Shown: positions 47,994 to 55,400 of the stretch, in pieces
Layout: each line of letters opens with the position of its first letter
Numbering within the stretch: position 1 is the stretch's first letter
Source: an uncultured virus (IMG/VR IMGVR_UViG_3300025853_007458)
Taxonomy: Duplodnaviria > Heunggongvirae > Uroviricota > Caudoviricetes
IMG/VR virus record: IMGVR_UViG_3300025853_007458
Length of the DNA: 64,000 nucleotides
Reading direction: 5' to 3' (one strand)
Made by a program: the position numbers and the translations under genes
Notes under the pieces: generated by a model
The model's input: only the letters and a program-made list of their open reading frames with translations
Databases searched by the model: none
What the model was told of the DNA's origin: nothing

Positions 47994-48646
47994 ACAGGTG
48001 GGATATAACTGTTAAACAAAGTAACTATGATTTCAATCCTTTTAGAGAAAGCGATCATGGTAAATACTTTAAGACAGTTACAAACATTTATGAGGACTGG
48101 TCAAAGGAATTAGAATATGCAAACAAGCAACAATATGATTTCTATTGGCCTAGTCCTGTAAAACCAGGTGGCGATCATTTTGATTATGAGTATGAAAATA
48201 AACTAGTAGAAGATTGGGGTATACCTAAAGACTTTGTAATCTACAGAATGTGGACTGCAACAAAGAAAGAGTGTCCTATATTGTGTGGTCTAGCAGACAA
48301 GTTAGGTTTAGAAGACGCACAGGTAAATATACAAACTCAAACTACAGGTATGATGTTACATTTACATATTGATAGTTTAACAGGTTTAAGAAAAGAGAGA
48401 AAAGATCAATCATCAAGCAGAGCAACTGATCCTGAATGGGGTAGAGTTTTTGTTATGTTAGAAGATTGGAAACCAGGTCATATTATTCAATTTGGGAATA
48501 CATATGTACCACCATGGAAAGCAGGTGATGTAGTATGGTTTGATTGGGCAAACATACCACATAGTACTGCTAACACAGGACCATGGCCTAGAACAATTGC
48601 AAAAATAACAGGTAAACAAACGCCTAAATATAAAAAACTACTATAG
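47990..48646 (+). CDS. 2OG-Fe(II) oxygenase-like protein
   Basis: 'GMMLHLHID', 'WKAGDVVWFDW..IPHSTANTG..PR'. Confidence 0.78.
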   Translation: MNRWDITVKQSNYDFNPFRESDHGKYFKTVTNIYEDWSKELEYANKQQYDFYWPSPVKPGGDHFDYEYENKLVEDWGIPKDFVIYRMWTATKKECPILCGLADKLGLEDAQVNIQTQTTGMMLHLHIDSLTGLRKERKDQSSSRATDPEWGRVFVMLEDWKPGHIIQFGNTYVPPWKAGDVVWFDWANIPHSTANTGPWPRTIAKITGKQTPKYKKLL

Positions 48647-48654
48647 GATAAATT

Positions 48655-50295
48655 ATGAGATTATTGATTATATTATTATTTTTATTTGTATCTACAAAAA
48701 CTTTCGCTGAAGACAATCGTTTTGATTGTAGTTGGGATGATGACCCACCTTGTATAGTGATTCCTGTAGGTAGCTTAAATAATTCAAACGCATTAGGTGA
48801 TAGAATAACACCTACAACAACAATTACAAAAACAGAAATAAGAGAACACAATCTAATTGATTTACCAAGTGTTTTAAATTACGTATCAACACTAGACGTT
48901 ACACAATCAGGACCAAAAGGACAAACTGGTTCTGTATTTTTAAGAGGTACAAACTCTAATCACACTTTAGTTTTATTGAATGGTATACCTATCAATGATA
49001 CATCAACACCTACAGGTGCATTTGACGTTGGGCAAGACTTTATGTTTAACGTTGTACAAATAAATGTATATAAAGGTGGTGCAGGTGCTCATTGGGGTGC
49101 AGACGCTGTAGGTGGTGCAATTAATTTTATAACAACTGTAGATTACGATAAAAGATATAATGTATCAGGTAATGGTAATGATAAAACTATAAGTGGTAAT
49201 TATTATACTAGATTAAATGACTTTGATATATCTGTTTCAGCAGGTGAACATGAGTCTAAAAATGTTTCTGCTTTATCAGGTGCTGATGAAAAAGACGGTA
49301 CAAAAAATCAGACTATAGGTGTCAATGTAAGTAAATGGTATGATATGATACATTGGCGAGCATCTTGGTTTACAAGAAATACGTTTACAGATATTGATGG
49401 TCATAGTCTTGCTGTACAAGATGACAAATGGTCTGATAATAGTTTTTATGCTTTTCAAACAGGTATAGATTACTTTAATAATAGTTTAACTTTTCATACA
49501 CACGAATATGAAAGAATTTATGATGACGCTAATTATGATAGTCAAAATTGGTCGTTAAGAGGTGTTCATCAAAGACAAAATTGGGGAATAGGTTTTGATT
49601 ATAAACATGATGAAAATTATGGTAAATCTGCATGGTCAGAAAACACAGGTAGAAATCATGGCATGGGATACTTCTTTAATTTTTCATACAACATATTATC
49701 ATATCATCATAGATTTGATGAAGACCATGAAACTTATAAAATAGGATTCTTACAAGAATTAGACGATGGTTTAAGTATAAGTGGTAGTCACTCAACGTCA
49801 TATAAAGATAAAACATTATACAGCGATGTAGTATATGGTGACTCACAAGAGGTAACGTTAACTAAAAATAACTTTGCTACTACTATCTTTCAAAATGATA
49901 TAGGTGATCTGAATACAAATGGTGTAGAGATGTCATATAATACAGGTGATTGGAAACTTTTTGCAAGTAATTTAACAAGTAAAACAAAAGATGTATTATC
50001 ATTAAGAAGACCAGAATGGTCACTTGGTTTTATTCACAATAAGAAGTTTGAAAATAACTTTACTTTAACTACTAACTACAAATACAAAGGTAAACATTTA
50101 GATATACATAACTCAAACTGGTCTACAATATCAATGCCAGAAACACATTTAGTTGATTTAAATCTAGGTTATAACTATCATGGATTTAATTTTGGTGTAA
50201 GTCTAAACAATCTATTGAATGAGAAGTATGAATCACCTCATGGTTTCTCACAAGAAGGTAGAAAGTTTACTTTAGGTTTTAACAAATCATTTTAA
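48655..50295 (+). CDS. TonB-dependent outer-membrane receptor (BtuB-like)
   Basis: Signal peptide, plug 'SVFLRGTNSNHTLVLLNGIPIN', 'GADAVGGAINFIT', 'NNLLNEKY', 'GRKFTLGFNKSF' with terminal Phe. Confidence 0.9.
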   Translation: MRLLIILLFLFVSTKTFAEDNRFDCSWDDDPPCIVIPVGSLNNSNALGDRITPTTTITKTEIREHNLIDLPSVLNYVSTLDVTQSGPKGQTGSVFLRGTNSNHTLVLLNGIPINDTSTPTGAFDVGQDFMFNVVQINVYKGGAGAHWGADAVGGAINFITTVDYDKRYNVSGNGNDKTISGNYYTRLNDFDISVSAGEHESKNVSALSGADEKDGTKNQTIGVNVSKWYDMIHWRASWFTRNTFTDIDGHSLAVQDDKWSDNSFYAFQTGIDYFNNSLTFHTHEYERIYDDANYDSQNWSLRGVHQRQNWGIGFDYKHDENYGKSAWSENTGRNHGMGYFFNFSYNILSYHHRFDEDHETYKIGFLQELDDGLSISGSHSTSYKDKTLYSDVVYGDSQEVTLTKNNFATTIFQNDIGDLNTNGVEMSYNTGDWKLFASNLTSKTKDVLSLRRPEWSLGFIHNKKFENNFTLTTNYKYKGKHLDIHNSNWSTISMPETHLVDLNLGYNYHGFNFGVSLNNLLNEKYESPHGFSQEGRKFTLGFNKSF

Positions 50296-51581
50296 TGTAC
50301 GATACAATATTTTGGGCTATAATAGGAACTTTAAGTGGTGTCATCTTTGGTGTAATACCAGGTGCAGGACCTTTTGTTGCAACGGCAACTCTATATCCTT
50401 TTCTAACACATATAGAGCCTGTCAATGTTATGATGTATTACGTAACAGTTTTGATTGCAACTAATTATACAAATAGTGTAACTGCTATTCTGTATGGTAT
50501 ACCTGGTGACGCCACAGCAATGAGTACTGCAAGATATGGTCACAAATTATTCTTAAAAGGTTTTGGTAATCTAGCAGTTGCTTCTAACGCTGTAAGTAGT
50601 ACAGTAGGAGTTATATTTGCTTTTACTGTTTTTATTTTTGTATTGCCTTGGATCATAGAAGTTTTTAGATTTTATAATAGTGTACTACAGACAGTTATTG
50701 TTGCAGCTGCAATTATAATGATTACACTATTGACAAAACAAAATAAATTGTTTACAATAATACTGTTTTTATTCGGAGGCATGATTGCAAAAGTAGGTAT
50801 AGACCCTATTACATTTGATAGTTTTTTGACTTTCAATAACTCATACCTCGCAATCGGAATACCTTTTGCAAGTGTGATGATAGGATTATACATAGTGCCA
50901 GAACTAACAAAGTTAAATAGTTTTAAAGTAGAAGTACCTAAACGTATAAATACTTTTACAGTTGGTAAAGATACAACTACGCCTACACTCATAGGAAGTT
51001 TTGTAGGATTTTGGTGTGGTCTTATACCAGGTGTAACAAATATTCTTGGCAGTTATGCAAGTGCAAATATTGTTAAAAGGTTTTTCAAAAAACCTGTACT
51101 TAAAAGCATAGCAGCCGCAGAGGCAGCAAATAATAGTGGCGCCTTATCATCACTATTGCCTTTGCTTATACTAGCGATACCCATTACGGGAAGTGAAGTT
51201 TTGATTTATTATATTATGTTAGAAGATGGTTTCGTTTTCAACGCTCAAAATACAGTCAAACATTTAGAAAGTATAATTTATATTATACCCTTTGTTACTG
51301 CCTTTTGTTTGGGGTTAAGCTGGTACGGTTTCAATCTGTTAGGTAAGATTGCATATCTCTATAAACAATATAGAACAATTGCAAACATCTTACTTCTCTC
51401 AATAATTAGCATTGCAAGTATATCAATATTCGCCATACGTGAATGGATGATTATCTGTATATTTGTTTTGTCTATAATCGGGTTCTTAATTAGACGCTGG
51501 GATACTAGTCCTATTATTTACGGATACTTTCTAAGCGATCTATTTTACGAAAATTTAATTAGAACATTAATAATCTTATAG
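50295..51581 (+). CDS. Tripartite tricarboxylate transporter large permease (TctA family)
   Basis: Polytopic; 'GVIFGVIPGAG', 'AILYGIPGD', 'GLIPG', 'AAAEAANNS'. Confidence 0.88.
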   Translation: MYDTIFWAIIGTLSGVIFGVIPGAGPFVATATLYPFLTHIEPVNVMMYYVTVLIATNYTNSVTAILYGIPGDATAMSTARYGHKLFLKGFGNLAVASNAVSSTVGVIFAFTVFIFVLPWIIEVFRFYNSVLQTVIVAAAIIMITLLTKQNKLFTIILFLFGGMIAKVGIDPITFDSFLTFNNSYLAIGIPFASVMIGLYIVPELTKLNSFKVEVPKRINTFTVGKDTTTPTLIGSFVGFWCGLIPGVTNILGSYASANIVKRFFKKPVLKSIAAAEAANNSGALSSLLPLLILAIPITGSEVLIYYIMLEDGFVFNAQNTVKHLESIIYIIPFVTAFCLGLSWYGFNLLGKIAYLYKQYRTIANILLLSIISIASISIFAIREWMIICIFVLSIIGFLIRRWDTSPIIYGYFLSDLFYENLIRTLIIL

Positions 51582-51592
51582 GAGATAAAAAA

Positions 51593-52369
51593 ATGAAAAA
51601 AATAATGTTAATAATAATGAGTATGTTGTTCAGTACAATGGCATATGCTCAAGTACAAATAATCAATCCTGGTTCACAAGAAGGTGTCTTCAGACAAATT
51701 CTTTCTACAATAGGTGATACAACTGACCATAACTTTGTTCAGGCAGATAATCCAGTTACTGCATACACTTATATTGAAGGTGAATCTAATAAACCTATCT
51801 TAACGATATGGTCTAGTGAATGGCCAGGTGACGATAGTTTGAAAAGTCCGAAAGTATCTAAAGATAACATTGTAGCTTTAATGACATATGAAACTCTTAT
51901 GTGTAGTAGAGCATACAATTCACTTGAAGATATGGGTGGACAAACTGTTAAGATTGCGACATGGGGATCAGAACCAGTTGCAAAATTCTTAAAAAATTTA
52001 GGTGCAAAATATGATGTAAATTTTGTAGTTGTACCTTATTCTGGCAGCGGAAGTACTACTAAAGGTTATGTTGGCAAAGACGCCGATACTGTCTTTACAA
52101 TTACTTCACGTCAAGCCGCATTAGAGGAAGATGGTTCTAAATGTATTGCCTTTTCAGAAAAAGGTGAATTAGGTTTTAGATTTGTTGACGCAATCATCAC
52201 CATTAATGCTAACTACGCCTTAACAAATGAATTACGTTCTGCTGTAACAAACCTCTCTACAACTACCGAGTGGAATAGTAAATTCAAAGGCTCTGTAACT
52301 TATGTTGGAAATGGTTCTAATCAAACTATAGAAATGTTTGAAGAGGCTGTTGCTAACTTTAGTAAGTAA
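51593..52369 (+). CDS. Periplasmic substrate-binding protein (TctC/Bug-like, divergent)
   Basis: Signal peptide and 'VVVPYSGSG' (compare Bug 'VPYxGG'); adjacent to TctA. Confidence 0.65.
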   Translation: MKKIMLIIMSMLFSTMAYAQVQIINPGSQEGVFRQILSTIGDTTDHNFVQADNPVTAYTYIEGESNKPILTIWSSEWPGDDSLKSPKVSKDNIVALMTYETLMCSRAYNSLEDMGGQTVKIATWGSEPVAKFLKNLGAKYDVNFVVVPYSGSGSTTKGYVGKDADTVFTITSRQAALEEDGSKCIAFSEKGELGFRFVDAIITINANYALTNELRSAVTNLSTTTEWNSKFKGSVTYVGNGSNQTIEMFEEAVANFSK

Positions 52370-53687
52370 TACAATTATGTAAGAGCTGGTTGGCATCCTT
52401 ATAGTTGTCAAACAGCTCTTGCTGATCTCTACCAGTTATGTTAAGATTTACATTAAACTTTTTGTTTTGTAGATTTTGAAATTCAGGTATATTCATACCG
52501 ACTTCTAACTTCTTATTCAGATAATTTAGATATTGTTCAACGATTTCTATATTCTTTATTTCTTTAATTACACCAGGTTTTAATTGAGTACAACCCCATA
52601 GTAGATGATTTGTAATTTCTGGTTCTTTGTTGTTACCTATATTGTTAAATATATTATTGCCAGGTAACTTATCTAATATATTAATAAACTGACCTATACG
52701 TGTATTAAAGTCTATTGCAATTAATTTTTTACCTGATATGTGAAAGTCAGGACCTGCAAAGTACATATCTTTTACTTTTAGTTTATCAACTATAGTCTGT
52801 ACGAAACCATACATTATTCTATGTTGCTCTTCATCTACTTCACTCACAGGTATAGACCATACTGCCATATCTTTTGCGATATCACTTTTCTTACTGATTG
52901 AATGTTGATCTATAGGATTTTTATGAAAGTCTAATATGTCGCCATACTTTACTTTAGCATTTCTTACATAGAATAAACAATCTACTTTACCATCTTTAAC
53001 ATAACCATAAGGTGATATAGATGGCTCTTCAGACCAATAGTATTCTTGTGCCATAATTTTACAAGGTACATTATTAAAGTTTTCATTTTGAATACCTGTT
53101 TTATTGATTTCAAAAAAATCATTATGATAATTTAGTTTACTTAAATGATCTAAAAAATGATGTTTGTTATTCCATCTTCTATACTCTATTATAGGTGTAT
53201 TCTGATCTGATTTAGGATAGAAAGAATTACTACCAGTACCGATGTCAGGTTTTGTAAAAAACTCATTGCCATCAAATACATCTAGTTGACTATGAAAGGT
53301 AGGTGTAATACTTTTAGGTACGTTATGTTGTAGTCCTATTACTCTACAAAAATCATCAAGTTTCTGTTTATTACTAAACACTTCAGCTGCAAAGGCAGAC
53401 ATATTGTTTATACCGTAATAACTTTCTAATTGTGCTTGAATAGGAAATAAATTTTCTGATACACAAAACACTTTATCACAAGATATAATTTGTTTTGTGA
53501 TTTCTATTATATCAAACTTCTTTGATACAACTAAATCGTCTATGTGTTTTATGAAAGGTTTGTAGCGATCGCCTGACTTGTTTGGCACCACATCACAAAC
53601 CAATGTGATGTGGTTATTTAAATTCGCTGTGATAAGACCTTCGGTCTTGTTAAGACTACGCTTATGTGATAATATAACTACATTCAT
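52359..53687 (-). CDS. ATP-grasp ligase-like protein
   Basis: 'SNKQKL', 'FFTKPDIGTGS', 'MAQEY', 'IDFNTRIG'. Confidence 0.75.
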   Translation of the reverse strand: MNVVILSHKRSLNKTEGLITANLNNHITLVCDVVPNKSGDRYKPFIKHIDDLVVSKKFDIIEITKQIISCDKVFCVSENLFPIQAQLESYYGINNMSAFAAEVFSNKQKLDDFCRVIGLQHNVPKSITPTFHSQLDVFDGNEFFTKPDIGTGSNSFYPKSDQNTPIIEYRRWNNKHHFLDHLSKLNYHNDFFEINKTGIQNENFNNVPCKIMAQEYYWSEEPSISPYGYVKDGKVDCLFYVRNAKVKYGDILDFHKNPIDQHSISKKSDIAKDMAVWSIPVSEVDEEQHRIMYGFVQTIVDKLKVKDMYFAGPDFHISGKKLIAIDFNTRIGQFINILDKLPGNNIFNNIGNNKEPEITNHLLWGCTQLKPGVIKEIKNIEIVEQYLNYLNKKLEVGMNIPEFQNLQNKKFNVNLNITGRDQQELFDNYKDANQLLHNCITY

Positions 53688-53718
53688 TCATAATATATAT
53701 GTGTTGATTAAATATTAA

Positions 53719-54069
53719 CTATTCAGCTGATGTATCAAAATGATTCAAAACTCTTTCATCCGTAACAACCGCTCCTAATTCTTCAGAATTTATAAGATCA
53801 TCAACAACTGGTAAAGCAGCTGCTTTTTCTTTCCACTCTTTGTATAAAGCTTCAGTTTCAAATTCTTTTACAATTAAAACTGATTTCTTATCATCATTTA
53901 AAGTAGCATACTTATCTATTACATATAGTGCTTCGTTGTTAATGTGTTGGTTTATGTCATCTTCGCTTATTTCTGTTGATGAACTTTTATTAAAAAATTC
54001 CTCTACTGATCCAAACGTTAACGACTCATTTTTATTAGTTAATTTCCATTGTTGAATATGTGTTTCCAT
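53719..54069 (-). CDS. Small acidic hypothetical protein
   Basis: GAGGAG RBS; paralogue of 54069..54434. Confidence 0.75.
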   Translation of the reverse strand: METHIQQWKLTNKNESLTFGSVEEFFNKSSSTEISEDDINQHINNEALYVIDKYATLNDDKKSVLIVKEFETEALYKEWKEKAAALPVVDDLINSEELGAVVTDERVLNHFDTSAE

Positions 54070-54434
54070 TAGTTAAACTCCTCTATTGTTTCAGTTTTTC
54101 CGTTATCGTTTGTACCCCAAGGTGTTATTTCTGCAAACAATCCTTCTTGTTCCGATAAATTAAAATCTATATTGGGCAATAAGCTTCTTTTCTTTTTCCA
54201 TTCGTTATACATTGTAATGTTTTCAAATCTTCTAACAATTATAACTGCTTTGTTGTCATTTGTTAAGACACCCATTTTTTCATATATATAAGTTTTATTT
54301 ACTTCTTCGTGTGCCTTTAAATCTTCTTCATCTGTAGTTCCAGTATATGCTGAGTCAAAAAATTCATCAACTGACTCATAAGTTTTGTTTGGATCTACTA
54401 AATTTTTATATAAAAATTGTATATCTATTGCCAT
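54069..54434 (-). CDS. Small acidic hypothetical protein
   Basis: First gene downstream of the minus-strand late promoter; paralogue of 53719..54069. Confidence 0.75.
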   Translation of the reverse strand: MAIDIQFLYKNLVDPNKTYESVDEFFDSAYTGTTDEEDLKAHEEVNKTYIYEKMGVLTNDNKAVIIVRRFENITMYNEWKKKRSLLPNIDFNLSEQEGLFAEITPWGTNDNGKTETIEEFN

Positions 54435-54462
54435 AATTTAACCCCAAATTGATTAATACTAT

Positions 54463-54480
54463 TATTTATACGTATAAATA
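54463..54480. promoter_or_regulatory. Perfect palindrome made of two divergent T4 late promoters
   Basis: TATTTATA-CG-TATAAATA, an 18-bp perfect palindrome between divergent genes. Confidence 0.85.
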
Positions 54481-54485
54481 CTACT

Positions 54486-54821
54486 ATGGCAGCTACAGCT
54501 AATTATAATATAGACCAAGGTGCAACTTTCAGTTCAACTGTAACCGTAAGGGATAACAGCGGAGATCCGTTAGATTTAACGGGTTATACGGCAACTGCAA
54601 AAATGGCTTTGGGATATAGTTCCACAAGAACGAGAACAGATTTAACTATTGTGTTTGATAGTGATAGAACATCAGGAAATGTTACAATGTCATTAACTGC
54701 AACACAAACGGCTGCTTTAGAAGCGCCTGCAAGATATGTTTATGATTTAGACATAACAGATTCTTCAGGAACAGTAACAAGAATAATTGAAGGTCTAATT
54801 ACAACTAGACCTAACGTATAA
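54486..54821 (+). CDS. Small virion structural protein (fibre-associated)
   Basis: 'NYNIDQGATFS...PLDLTGYTA...YVYDL...RIIEG' pattern, common next to phage fibre genes. Confidence 0.7.
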   Translation: MAATANYNIDQGATFSSTVTVRDNSGDPLDLTGYTATAKMALGYSSTRTRTDLTIVFDSDRTSGNVTMSLTATQTAALEAPARYVYDLDITDSSGTVTRIIEGLITTRPNV

Positions 54822-54832
54822 TAGGAGAAAAT

Positions 54833-55084
54833 ATGAGTAGTGAATTGAACACAGCAACAGACGTAACTAAAGAACAAACTTTTACAATTGATGGTAAAGA
54901 CTATAAAAGAAGTGAGTTAAATACAAAAACTTTAAATAGTATTATCATTAGACAAGACTTACAAGCAACCAGAGTTAAGTTGTCTTTAGAGTTAGAAAAA
55001 GTTGCTATTTTACAAAAACACTATGATGATATTATTGCCAGTGAATTGGGTATTGATACATCAAAAGAAGCTGAAAAAAAGTAG
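54833..55084 (+). CDS. Small hypothetical protein (coiled-coil, possible fibre chaperone)
   Basis: AGGAG RBS; 'TFTIDGKDY..SEL'. Confidence 0.7.
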   Translation: MSSELNTATDVTKEQTFTIDGKDYKRSELNTKTLNSIIIRQDLQATRVKLSLELEKVAILQKHYDDIIASELGIDTSKEAEKK

Positions 55085-55114
55085 TTATTAATTAGTTTTA
55101 CATTACCTTATTAT

Positions 55115-55122
55115 TATAAATA
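55115..55122 (+). promoter_or_regulatory. T4 late promoter
   Basis: TATAAATA upstream of 55150. Confidence 0.75.
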
Positions 55123-55149
55123 TTATAAACTTACTAGTAATAAGGTAAT

Positions 55150-55380
55150 ATGTCAGACAGAATAACAGCTACAATTAATAATAATACTTCGGGACCGAGA
55201 AGCGTTTCCGTTACCGTACCATCAGCTTCAACAAGGTTAAATGCTTTGAGTGATGTAAATGCCACATCATTGGCAGATGGTGCAATGTTACAATATGATA
55301 ATGATTCTAAAAAATGGACAAGTCGAAATGATATAAAAACTGAAAGTGGTAATTTAATTCTTAACGGTGGCACATTTTAA
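55150..55380 (+). CDS. Small fibre-associated structural protein
   Basis: 'LNALSDVNATSLADGAMLQYD..SKKW' and C-terminal 'NGGTF'. Confidence 0.7.
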   Translation: MSDRITATINNNTSGPRSVSVTVPSASTRLNALSDVNATSLADGAMLQYDNDSKKWTSRNDIKTESGNLILNGGTF

Positions 55381-55400
55381 AAAAAAGGGAGAGATTTTAA

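Noticed and set aside
48600..48655. Cobalamin riboswitch upstream of the BtuB-like gene
   Set aside because: Only 8 nt of intergenic space and no recognisable B12-element motif.
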